Shown here: one piece after another, positions 1-7,111 of the stretch
Position numbering within the stretch: position 1 is the first letter of the stretch
Layout of the letters: each line of letters starts with the position of its first letter
Assembly (NCBI GenBank): GCA_051883455.1
Contig: JBJETT010000009.1
Span: forward strand, 102,947-166,946
Reading direction: 5' to 3'
Length of the DNA: 64,000 nt
DNA from: Christensenellales bacterium
GTDB lineage: Bacteria > Bacillota > Clostridia > Christensenellales > UBA3700
The notes under the pieces: generated by a model
The model's input: only the letters and a program-made list of their open reading frames with translations
What the model was told of the DNA's origin: nothing
Databases searched by the model: none
Program-made: the position numbers and the translations under genes

Positions 1-460
1 ATTGCAAGCAGTCCCAAGGCAGTTGCATAATAGCTGCGGCAACTTTGCCCGTCTCCTCGTCACCCCAGAAGAGCGCTTGAGTACCGAAATATCCGCCGAC
101 CATAAATATTCCGCCGACAATCATGCTGACTACGCCAAGCGTGATTTTGACAGGGGTGCGATATGGCTTTTTGCCCGCAACGAACTTGAACATAAGTCCT
201 GCGACTAGTCCTTCGATACCCTTGATGAATAGCGTAAACCACATGGTGAGAGGATATACGATGCTGTCGGCTATGAGCGAGCCTACGCCACCCGCTACCA
301 TTGCGGGGATAGGTCCTAGCAAATATGCCGTGACGAATATCATCGTGTCACCAAAATTGACGAAACCCGTGCCTACGCTAAAACCAAGCATGGTGCATAC
401 GGCTACGACTGCCGTCATAAGTGCGCAACGTACGATTGCTACGGTGTTGATTTTTTTCAT
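1..460 (-). CDS. ECF-type transporter substrate-specific (S) component, probable riboflavin importer; only the 5' part is in the window (C-terminus lies left of position 1)
   Basis: Absent from the ORF track because it runs off the edge. Reverse-strand ATG at 460-458 follows GGAG (aaaaaGGAGcaattATG). My translation MKKINTVAIVRCALMTAVVAVCTMLGFSVGTGFVNFGDTMIFVTAYLLGPIPAMVAGGVGSLIADSIVYPLTMWFTLFIKGIEGLVAGLMF... stays open to position 1. It is polytopic with Gly-rich helices like ECF S components, and sits directly behind an FMN riboswitch. Confidence 0.7.
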   Translation of the reverse strand, partial: MKKINTVAIVRCALMTAVVAVCTMLGFSVGTGFVNFGDTMIFVTAYLLGPIPAMVAGGVGSLIADSIVYPLTMWFTLFIKGIEGLVAGLMFKFVAGKKPYRTPVKITLGVVSMIVGGIFMVGGYFGTQALFWGDEETGKVAAAIMQLPWDCLQ

Positions 461-520
461 AATTGCTCCTTTTTGGGCAACGAGCACTTAGGCTTTCTCG
501 GTACTTTCACGGTCTGAAGG

Positions 521-551
521 AATAAAAAAATCTTCCACTCAGCAGTGAAAG
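521..551 (-). terminator. Intrinsic terminator serving as the FMN riboswitch expression platform
   Basis: On the minus strand, CTTTCACT-GCTG-AGTGGAAG forms an 8-bp stem followed by ATTTTTTTATT. It lies between the aptamer and the RBS of the transporter gene. Confidence 0.7.
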
Positions 552-587
552 AATAGCAAATTATTGCACGCCAAAGCAATGCAAATA

Positions 588-716
588 TCATACTCTTTCC
601 CAGTCTGACTTTACAGGCGGTTGCGGGATCTCACCGCATCGGCTGTTGGGGCTGTTGGACTCGTCCGATACTAAGTCGGCATCACCACCGGTCGGCTTAT
701 TGCCTGCCCAAAGATA
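588..716 (-). promoter_or_regulatory. FMN riboswitch (RFN element) aptamer
   Basis: Minus-strand sequence is CTTTGGGCAGGCAATAAGCCGACCGGTGGT...GAGTCCAACAGCC...GATGCGGTGAGATCCCGCAACCGCCTGTAAAGTCAGACTGGGAAAGAGTATGAT. It aligns block by block with the B. subtilis ribD RFN consensus (CTTCGGGGCAGGGTGAAATTCCCGACCGGCGGT ... GCCGACAGTGAAAGTCTGGATGGGAGAAGGATGAT). Confidence 0.85.
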
Positions 717-728
717 TTTGATAATTGT

Positions 729-757
729 ATGTTAGCACCGCAAAATACGATTGTCAA
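729..757 (-). promoter_or_regulatory. Sigma-A-type promoter for the riboswitch/transporter transcript
   Basis: Minus strand has TTGACA (757-752), a 17-nt spacer and TAACAT (734-729), just upstream of the riboswitch 5' end. Confidence 0.6.
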
Positions 758-955
758 CGGATTTTTTGAGAATTTTTAGACGATTTTCGATAATTTTTGA
801 GCTGCCCAAAATACCTCAATTTTATTATAATATCAGTAATTTTAGCCTTGCTTTTGCTACGACTTTTGGAGAAAAAACGTAAATCCGTTGACAATAAAAA
901 ACCACTTACCAAACACATCACTATTTCCAAGTTTGATAAAGCCAATTTTTGAGCA

Positions 956-988
956 ACAAAAAACCTGACTCAACACTCTAAGTCAGGT
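956..988 (-). terminator. Intrinsic terminator of the tRNA-fMet/tRNA-Met operon
   Basis: Minus strand ACCTGACT-(loop)-AGTCAGGT forms an 8-bp stem followed by TTTTTTG, immediately 3' of tRNA-Met. Confidence 0.7.
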
Positions 989-991
989 CTT

Positions 992-1069
992 TGGTAGCGA
1001 GAGTGAGATTCGAACTCACGGTCCCCCGGGTATGAACCGGGTGCTCTAGGCCAGCTGAGCTATCTCGCC
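992..1069 (-). tRNA. tRNA-Met (anticodon CAU), elongator type
   Basis: The reverse complement GGCGAGATAGCTCAGCTGGCCTAGAGCACCCGGTTCATACCCGGGGGACCGTGAGTTCGAATCTCACTCTCGCTACCA folds as a cloverleaf. The anticodon loop is TTCATAC, TTCGAAT is the T-loop, and CCA is encoded. The loop context resembles elongator Met rather than Ile2(CAU), but lysidine-Ile cannot be fully excluded. Confidence 0.88.
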
Positions 1070-1074
1070 AAAAT

Positions 1075-1150
1075 TGGTTGCGGGGGGAGGATTCGAACCT
1101 CCGACCTTCGGGTTATGAGCCCGACGAGCTGCCAGCTGCTCCACCCCGCG
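1075..1150 (-). tRNA. Initiator tRNA-fMet (anticodon CAU)
   Basis: The reverse complement is CGCGGGGTGGAGCAGCTGGCAGCTCGTCGGGCTCATAACCCGAAGGTCGGAGGTTCGAATCCTCCCCCCGCAACCA. It shows the C1:A72 mismatch and three consecutive G-C pairs closing the anticodon stem (GGGCTCATAACCC), both initiator hallmarks. It is near-identical to the classical bacterial tRNA-fMet. Confidence 0.92.
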
Positions 1151-1169
1151 ATATTCTTGATGCTTGATA

Positions 1170-1198
1170 ATGATAATAAAAAAAACGACGTTTGTCAA
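1170..1198 (-). promoter_or_regulatory. Sigma-A-type promoter of the tRNA operon
   Basis: Minus strand has TTGACA (1198-1193), a 17-nt spacer and TATCAT (1175-1170), about 20 nt upstream of the tRNA-fMet 5' end. Confidence 0.55.
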
Positions 1199-1304
1199 GA
1201 GTTTGAGAAAGATTTTATAAAATAGTAGTCAAACAGTTATATTTTTGCCACTATTTAGTGATTTATTCAATACTATTATATTATCGAAAAATTGCTTTAT
1301 TCCG

Positions 1305-2165
1305 TTACTTTGTCTTTGTTTTGTACTCTAAATATCCTTCTAAGTTGTCGCTGTCCCTGACGATTACGCTATCTTTGCCTAGCATATCCATAATGCCGAC
1401 AAGCAAAATTCCTCCGCCGACGATGAGGTCTCTACGCTTGACTTCCAGCCCGGCAAAGCACCCTCTTTGCTCGATAGGCGTAGCGTGCACACGACGGCAC
1501 AAATCCACTACTATATCCCTATTAAGTCGATACATATCGACAATTTTGGCATCATACTCTATCATTTGCTCTTGCATTGTAACAAAGGTAGCAGACGTAC
1601 CGCCAATAGACAAGAGGTGGTCAAACTTAGGCACTTCGCCGTATCCTTGCAAGGTCTTGGCAACGTAGTCTTGCAGTGCGTCTACGTCCTCTTTGCACTT
1701 GTCGTTGAGGACGGCAAGACCTATAGGCAAACTCTTAGAATAGACTAGTCCACTCCTGTCTCCGACCGCAATCTCCGTGCTTGCACCGCCTATGTCCACC
1801 ACGCAACATACGCCCTCGGTGTAAGCTCCCAAAAATCCTATCTTCGCCTCGATTTGGCTAGGAAGAACGTCTATTTCTATACCCCGCTCGCGTGCTTGGA
1901 ACAAAAAATCCGCTCTGTTGTCGGCTCTGCGCACCGCTTCGGTGGCAAAGAAAAATATCTCGTCCGCGCCCCACTTCTCGGCCATCTCACGATAGTCCAC
2001 CAATACGTCAATCGTGATAGCCAAATTGTGCGTATCGAGTTTGCCCGTGGTTGCCAAGCCTCTACCTAGCCCCGTGGTGGTGACGAACTTTTTGAAACTC
2101 ACGCCGTCTTGGCTAAGCATAAGTCTTACGGAGTTGGAGCCAATATCTACTACTGCGTACTTCAT
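1305..2165 (-). CDS. Ppx/GppA family phosphatase (exopolyphosphatase-like, short form)
   Basis: 286-aa ORF. The N-terminal MKYAVVDIGSNSVRLML and the later VVDIGGASTE are the ASKHA phosphate-binding motifs typical of Ppx/GppA. Confidence 0.8.
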   Translation of the reverse strand: MKYAVVDIGSNSVRLMLSQDGVSFKKFVTTTGLGRGLATTGKLDTHNLAITIDVLVDYREMAEKWGADEIFFFATEAVRRADNRADFLFQARERGIEIDVLPSQIEAKIGFLGAYTEGVCCVVDIGGASTEIAVGDRSGLVYSKSLPIGLAVLNDKCKEDVDALQDYVAKTLQGYGEVPKFDHLLSIGGTSATFVTMQEQMIEYDAKIVDMYRLNRDIVVDLCRRVHATPIEQRGCFAGLEVKRRDLIVGGGILLVGIMDMLGKDSVIVRDSDNLEGYLEYKTKTK

Positions 2166-2280
2166 ACCAAAATTATATAAAATATTTCTTTTTTTGCCAA
2201 ACGCTTGAATACAAAAATAATTGTGCAGTAGATTTTTATTTATCCGCTGTCCTATATTATGAAAAAGTTATCAATTTTTG

Positions 2281-2307
2281 TTGACAATTACGCTTTTTTA
2301 ATATAAT
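2281..2307 (+). promoter_or_regulatory. Candidate promoter of tRNA-Glu
   Basis: TTGACA (2281-2286) and TATAAT (2302-2307) are present, but the spacer is only 15 nt. The site lies about 22 nt upstream of the tRNA 5' end. Confidence 0.4.
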
Positions 2308-2329
2308 ATTGATTACGCTACAAATCTAT

Positions 2330-2404
2330 GGCTCCGTGGTCAAGCGGTTAAGACATCGCCCTTTCACGGCGGTAACACGAGTTCGATTCTCGTCGGAGTC
2401 ACCA
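2330..2404 (+). tRNA. tRNA-Glu (anticodon UUC)
   Basis: GGCTCCGTGGTCAAGCGGTTAAGACATCGCCCTTTCACGGCGGTAACACGAGTTCGATTCTCGTCGGAGTCACCA folds as a cloverleaf. The anticodon loop is CTTTCAC, the T-loop is TTCGATT, and CCA is encoded. Confidence 0.9.
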
Positions 2405-2410
2405 AAAAAT

Positions 2411-2442
2411 AAGGAACGACAATCGTCGTTCCTTATTTTTTG
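2411..2442 (+). terminator. Intrinsic terminator after tRNA-Glu
   Basis: AAGGAACGAC-aatc-GTCGTTCCTT is a perfect 10-bp stem followed by ATTTTTTGG. An A-tract upstream makes it potentially bidirectional. Confidence 0.85.
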
Positions 2443-2611
2443 GTACTCCCCGCGTATAATCGAATAGACGAGCAACTACCAACTTTCAATACCCAACACG
2501 TTGCATTGCGAGCGTTTTCGCACCCGCAGGATATTCGCCGATAGGCGAACTTCTCGTTGGAGGCTTATGCTTTCTAACTTATTTTTGACACAAAACTTCG
2601 GCTAGGCGGTA

Positions 2612-2640
2612 TTGACAACGAGCAAAAACAGCAGTAAAAT
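2612..2640 (+). promoter_or_regulatory. Sigma-A-type promoter of the SDR gene
   Basis: TTGACA (2612-2617), a 17-nt spacer and TAAAAT (2635-2640). AAAGGAG RBS lies at 2661-2667, before the ATG at 2675. Confidence 0.55.
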
Positions 2641-2674
2641 TATTGTAGTATAAACTACTAAAAGGAGTAATATT

Positions 2675-3505
2675 ATGGCTAACGTATGTGTTATAACGGG
2701 TGGCGGAAGCGGTATGGGGCTTGCTGCTGCCAAATTTATATCAAAAGACAAAATCATCGTAATATCGGGTAGAACGATGAGCAAGCTCGAGGGTGCCGTG
2801 GCTGAGTTGAAAGCGTTGGGATATGACGCTTATGCAAAATCGTGCGACACTTCCAATAGAGAAAGCGTAAAAGAATTGGTGGCTTTTGCTTCTTCTCTCG
2901 GTGAAATCAAAAACGTCATCAATGCGGCGGGAGTCTCCCCTGCTATGAAGGGAACGCAAGAGAGCATTTTGCGTATCAACGCTTTGGGAACGGTTTACGT
3001 AAACCAAGAGTTTTCTAAGGTTATGTCAAAGGGAAGCGTTATCGTGGATATTTCTTCCAATTCCGCATACGTTTTGCCTTCTTTCTTAATCAACAAAAAA
3101 GTTTATGCTCTTGCCGAAACCGACGAAGATACCTTCTTGAAAAAGCTCATCAAAAAGAGTAACATGGCTAAGGGTGAGTATCAACGCAAAGGCTTTGCCT
3201 ACTCTCTCTCCAAGAACTTTGTCGTATGGTACGCGCAAAAATGCGCCTTCGTATACGGCAAAAAAGGCATAAGAGTTGCTTCTTTGAGCCCGGGACTTAT
3301 CGCAACCGATATGGGCAATCTCGAAAAAGAAGAGGGCGGAATGCTTATTCCTTTCTCTTGCGAAGAAAGAATGGGTACGCCTGAAGAACTCGGCTTCGCA
3401 ATCGCAACCCTTGCCGACGAGCGCAACGGATACCTTGCCGGCGTGGATATACTCTGCGACGGCGGTAGCACCTACGGCATGAAAGAATTTAAGAAGAAAA
3501 AATAA
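2675..3505 (+). CDS. SDR family NAD(P)-dependent oxidoreductase
   Basis: 276 aa. Contains the Rossmann motif VITGGGSGMGLA, the YSLSK (YxxxK) catalytic motif and a strong RBS. Confidence 0.85.
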   Translation: MANVCVITGGGSGMGLAAAKFISKDKIIVISGRTMSKLEGAVAELKALGYDAYAKSCDTSNRESVKELVAFASSLGEIKNVINAAGVSPAMKGTQESILRINALGTVYVNQEFSKVMSKGSVIVDISSNSAYVLPSFLINKKVYALAETDEDTFLKKLIKKSNMAKGEYQRKGFAYSLSKNFVVWYAQKCAFVYGKKGIRVASLSPGLIATDMGNLEKEEGGMLIPFSCEERMGTPEELGFAIATLADERNGYLAGVDILCDGGSTYGMKEFKKKK

Positions 3506-3530
3506 AACGCCAAACTTTTGACTAAAAAAT

Positions 3531-3578
3531 CCTTCGCCACTTCTAAGCAATATAGGTTTAGAGGTGGCGAATTTTTAT
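3531..3578 (+). terminator. Possible intrinsic terminator (long loop)
   Basis: TTCGCCAC (3533-3540) pairs with GTGGCGAA (3564-3571) and is followed by TTTTTAT. The loop is unusually long (about 23 nt). Confidence 0.45.
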
Positions 3579-3615
3579 ATCGTTCTATTTTTGGACAAGG
3601 CGTATAAAATATAAT

Positions 3616-4212
3616 ATGAATACAATTTACGTCGTGATGATGATTGGGTCGCTACTGCTCGTGACCATTACCGCACCCGAATCGGCGCTGAGCATTATGC
3701 TTGGCGGAGCAAAGAGCGCAATCGGATTGTCGGTGTCGCTGTGTGCCATATACACCGTATGGTTGTCGGTGTTGCAAGTCATCGACAAAACGGGAATGGG
3801 TAAAGCACTGAGCAAAGCCTTCAAACCCTTGACTAAGAAGTTATTTAAGGGAGAGAGCGACCTAGCGCTCGAATATATCACTCTCAACTTCTCCGCCAAT
3901 CTATTGGGTATGGGCGGGGCGGCAACGCCTCTCGGTATCAAAGCTATGGAATACATGCAAGACGGCTCGGAAAAAGCAAGCGACAATATGATTTTGTTCG
4001 TGGTCATCAACGCAACGTCAATCCAACTCTTGCCCGCAACCATCATTGGTCTTAGGGCGAGCAAAGGGTCTGCTTCCGCCTCGGATATAATTTTGCCAAG
4101 TCTCATCGCTACCACCTTCTCTACTCTTATCGGCGTGATATTGTGCAAGGTACTGGCGGGAAAAAACGCAACTAACCAAGAGCAACCTCTGCCCCTCAAG
4201 GATAAACTATGA
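3616..4212 (+). CDS. spmA: Spore maturation protein A (nucleoside-recognition domain membrane protein)
   Basis: 198 aa and polytopic. The sequence pattern (...LSVLQVIDKTGMGKALSKAFKPLTKKLF...NLLGMGGAATPLGIKAM...) is typical of SpmA. It overlaps the downstream spmB-like gene by 4 bp (ATGA). Confidence 0.75.
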   Translation: MNTIYVVMMIGSLLLVTITAPESALSIMLGGAKSAIGLSVSLCAIYTVWLSVLQVIDKTGMGKALSKAFKPLTKKLFKGESDLALEYITLNFSANLLGMGGAATPLGIKAMEYMQDGSEKASDNMILFVVINATSIQLLPATIIGLRASKGSASASDIILPSLIATTFSTLIGVILCKVLAGKNATNQEQPLPLKDKL

Positions 4213-4715
4213 GCGCATATATTTTGCCGGCATTCATAATCGTAGTGATTGGATTAGGGGTAATCAAAAAAATCTCGATATTCGATTGCTTTGCCACGGG
4301 CGCAAAGGAAGGCTTGCATCTCATAGTGTCGGTATTCCCTTTTCTTTGTAGCATTATGATTGCCGTAGAGCTATTTTCTATGAGCGGACTAAGTAGGTAT
4401 TTTTCTAAAATTTTGGAACCTGTATTGACTTTTTTGGGTGTGCCGAGCGAATTGTGCGAACTACTTATCATTCTTCCGTTGAGTGGAAACGGCTCTATCG
4501 CAATGTTAGAGAACATTTACAACACGTACGGAGTGGATAGTTTTATCGCGCGCTGCGCTTCGGTCATCGTCAGCGCAAGCGAAACGGTTTTTTATATCGC
4601 GACGATGTACTTCTCTACCACCAAAGTAAAAAGGTTGAGATACGCCATACCCGTGGCGTTGTTCTCGACTTATGCGGGAGTCTTGATATCTTGTCTTATG
4701 TGTAGATTACTATAG
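4209..4715 (+). CDS. spmB: Spore maturation protein B
   Basis: 168-aa membrane protein. Shows SpmB-like motifs (GAKEGL..., LPLSGNGSIAML) and is translationally coupled to spmA. Confidence 0.75.
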   Translation: MSAYILPAFIIVVIGLGVIKKISIFDCFATGAKEGLHLIVSVFPFLCSIMIAVELFSMSGLSRYFSKILEPVLTFLGVPSELCELLIILPLSGNGSIAMLENIYNTYGVDSFIARCASVIVSASETVFYIATMYFSTTKVKRLRYAIPVALFSTYAGVLISCLMCRLL

Positions 4716-4831
4716 TTATTAAAACGAATAATTTTTTGATGAAGCGTCGAAATGGAAAAAGCAATATCAACTTGAATCAATATTTTATGCCGATAAATTT
4801 CTGCTAACAAAAAAGACGGTGGATGCCGCCT

Positions 4832-5497
4832 TTATTTACTAATTAGTTGGTCAATAACCGTCGTGTCTATGATAGCCAAGTGGCTTCGGTCTCGGTCGCA
4901 CACCGCCACGAATTGACCGGCGACCTCTTCGATATGGCGAGTGGGGCAACCACACTCTTTGCACCCTCTAGCAAGGGTAAGCTGATAGAGAGTGCCGTCA
5001 ACGTTGACTCTAGGCGGTTTGCCGTACTTAATTTTTTTGATTGCAAAGGCACTCTTGGACATAGCGCTAAGCATCCTTGCCGCATAAACGTTGTCCACCA
5101 CGAGATAAAGTCCGAAAGCCGCAAGTCCCAGCCCTGCCATAATGCACAGTGCCATGAGAGTTACGTTGAAGGAATTGGCTTTGATGATAAAAAACGCTAC
5201 GATACAAGTTGCAATAATTAGCACTCCCAACGCAATCATTACTATGCTCTTGCCAAATGCTTGCTTGGTGGTAGATACTTTGGTCAGTACCAACTCTTTG
5301 GTATCTATGACGGGCAATCCTTGCAGTTGCTCTTGATGAAGATACGACGCCTCTATTGCCCTCTGCGTTTCTTCTTCTCTCGCTTTTTTTCTTTGAGCCC
5401 AGTCCGGCTTCTTATTGATTTCGAGTTCGGCGCCGCAATGCTTGCAAAATTTAGCGTCGTCTTCTACGTTGCTAGAGCAAACGGGGCATTTTTTCAT
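4832..5497 (-). CDS. Zinc-ribbon domain membrane protein (function unknown)
   Basis: I take the internal ATG at 5497, preceded by AGGAGG (cgcgAGGAGGaaaagcaATG). The N-terminus MKKCPVCSSNVEDDAKFCKHCGAEL is a CxxC...CxxC zinc ribbon, followed by two TM helices. A second Cys cluster (GCKECGCPTRH) lies near the C-terminus. The ATG overlaps the upstream stop (ATGA). Confidence 0.6.
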   Translation of the reverse strand: MKKCPVCSSNVEDDAKFCKHCGAELEINKKPDWAQRKKAREEETQRAIEASYLHQEQLQGLPVIDTKELVLTKVSTTKQAFGKSIVMIALGVLIIATCIVAFFIIKANSFNVTLMALCIMAGLGLAAFGLYLVVDNVYAARMLSAMSKSAFAIKKIKYGKPPRVNVDGTLYQLTLARGCKECGCPTRHIEEVAGQFVAVCDRDRSHLAIIDTTVIDQLISK

Positions 5498-6228
5498 TGC
5501 TTTTCCTCCTCGCGTATCGTCTTGGTTGCCTTGGCGTAAGACGCTTGCCACTTGATTAGCACAGCCGTTGCACCAATCACTACTATCGGCAAAGCGTACG
5601 CACCTACGCCCGTCACGAAAGAACTACCCGCCATACCTTGCAAAGATATAACCATTAGCGTAACAAGTTCCGCCAAACTCAAAATCGAAAATACCGAACA
5701 TAGCACGACTAATAATGAAGACGACTTCTTTTTTGCTGCGCCTATTGCGCCGACGACAACAATCGCTATCCACATAACGGCAAACACGAAAGCCACCGCG
5801 TGTTGAAGGTCCATAACTTGGTCTAGCATAGCTTTCTGCGAGGTGGTAAAACTCTTGTCGATGTAACTGATCACTGCTTCGTTGATGGTGTCATTACTTC
5901 CGCCTTCCAACAAACCTCCCGCTAGAAAATTTATCCAACCACCCTCACCGAAACCGATGGGAGCAAACAGTATCGAAACAACGTTGACCGAGGACGACGC
6001 TTTGTAGACGCCTTCCCCACCCCCGTCGGATAGGTCGATAGTGGCGGTGATACCCGTGACAGGCAAACAAAGACACACCAAAACCAAAACCGTAACTGCA
6101 ATGACGACGTAAGGAAACGCAGTATGCAATTTTTGCAAGGTCTTGTACGCCTCAAGCACTCTCGGATTGACGAGCTTGGCACTGCCGCTATCGCTGTTTT
6201 TTGCCTTTTTCTTGGATCTACTAGCCAT
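5494..6228 (-). CDS. Polytopic membrane protein (function unknown)
   Basis: 244-aa ORF with a Lys-rich N-terminus and at least four hydrophobic helices. No motif recognised. Coupled to the zinc-ribbon gene by an ATGA overlap. Confidence 0.6.
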   Translation of the reverse strand: MASRSKKKAKNSDSGSAKLVNPRVLEAYKTLQKLHTAFPYVVIAVTVLVLVCLCLPVTGITATIDLSDGGGEGVYKASSSVNVVSILFAPIGFGEGGWINFLAGGLLEGGSNDTINEAVISYIDKSFTTSQKAMLDQVMDLQHAVAFVFAVMWIAIVVVGAIGAAKKKSSSLLVVLCSVFSILSLAELVTLMVISLQGMAGSSFVTGVGAYALPIVVIGATAVLIKWQASYAKATKTIREEEKQ

Positions 6229-6337
6229 GATAATCTCCCGTAGCTATTATATTATAAGGCAAACCCAAGAAAAATTCAAGGTATATTGACAGCATAAATG
6301 CACACATTAACAATACTTTACAAAAGGAGTATGCTAT

Positions 6338-6550
6338 ATGATGACAATTACTATTATTGCGACTTTGCTTTTGATAGTCGGCGCATTCAACTGGTTTACC
6401 GTCGGCGTATTCGGCTTTAACTTTATCAACTGGATATGCATGGGAAGTATGGTTGCGCAAAGCATTATCTACGGCATAGTCGGCATAGCGGGCTTGTGGG
6501 TACTCGTTTACCTTATAGCCAACAAGTTTAAGCTTACAAAACAAGCTTAA
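6338..6550 (+). CDS. DUF378 family small membrane protein
   Basis: 70 aa with two TM helices. GAFNWFTVGVFGFNFINW matches the GAxNWGLVG-FGFNLV signature of DUF378. AAAAGGAG RBS present. Confidence 0.75.
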   Translation: MMTITIIATLLLIVGAFNWFTVGVFGFNFINWICMGSMVAQSIIYGIVGIAGLWVLVYLIANKFKLTKQA

Positions 6551-6574
6551 TACTCCCCGTCAAGGGGGTACATA

Positions 6575-7024
6575 TCAAACTATATTGCTTAGATAATATC
6601 CTATAGTAAGCTGATTGATAAGCATATCACGAGCGTTTTCCCCGCTCGCTTTTTCTCTCACTTCACCAAGCAAATCTACCGTCTCTACGTTGAGCCTGCG
6701 CATCTCGACAAGCACCTTGCGCAAGTTGTCTTTGGGCTCTGCTCGATATTGCGACGACACGCTAAAAAATCCATTTTTGTCGATACGTATCGAGTTTTTG
6801 GACAACAACTTGGCAATATTGTCTAGCAAAAATACGTTGGTCGGGTTTTTTGCCCCCGCTTGTAGACTCTCGACCATAGCTGTTAGCGTGGCGAGGTTTC
6901 GTTTGATTTTGACTAGATATTGCACCAAAAAAATAGGAAAGTTGCCTGTTGTACTTTGTTTTTTGTATTCTTCGTTCATATCGTGTATTGCCTTGTCGCC
7001 CGGCATTTGTTCATCGTTATACAT
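6575..7024 (-). CDS. Hypothetical protein (149 aa)
   Basis: I trimmed the 318-aa track ORF to the ATG at 7024, preceded by GGTG (MYNDEQMPGDK...). The longer version would overlap the divergent 7112 gene and its promoter. No motif recognised. Confidence 0.5.
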   Translation of the reverse strand: MYNDEQMPGDKAIHDMNEEYKKQSTTGNFPIFLVQYLVKIKRNLATLTAMVESLQAGAKNPTNVFLLDNIAKLLSKNSIRIDKNGFFSVSSQYRAEPKDNLRKVLVEMRRLNVETVDLLGEVREKASGENARDMLINQLTIGYYLSNIV

Positions 7025-7076
7025 ACGCGCACCTCTTATATATAATATGTAGCGTAAAATAAATAATAAGTAATTG

Positions 7077-7105
7077 TTGCATTTTCTGCCCGCAACGCTT
7101 ATAAT
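7077..7105 (+). promoter_or_regulatory. Promoter predicting a leaderless transcript for the 7112 gene
   Basis: TTGCAT (7077-7082), a 17-nt spacer and TATAAT (7100-7105). The ATG at 7112 begins 7 nt after the -10 element and no Shine-Dalgarno sequence is present. Confidence 0.45.
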
Positions 7106-7111
7106 GCTATT

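Noticed and set aside
754-945. 63-aa minus-strand ORF between the tRNA operon and the riboswitch promoter.
   Set aside because: It is Lys/Ser-rich low-complexity sequence with no RBS, and it overlaps the riboswitch promoter. The region looks like spacer DNA with repeated AATTTTTGAG tracts.
2443-2611. About 170 bp of unassigned sequence after tRNA-Glu, with small hairpins (TTCGCC-gata-GGCGAA at about 2543-2558); considered as a possible sRNA.
   Set aside because: It has no promoter/terminator pair of its own and no match to any RNA family I can recognise by eye (6S, SRP, tmRNA, RNase P). The evidence is insufficient.
4739-4807. 22-codon ORF (MKRRNGKSNINLNQYFMPINFC) downstream of spmB.
   Set aside because: It has no SD and is too short to distinguish from chance. 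It sits in a convergent 3' region.
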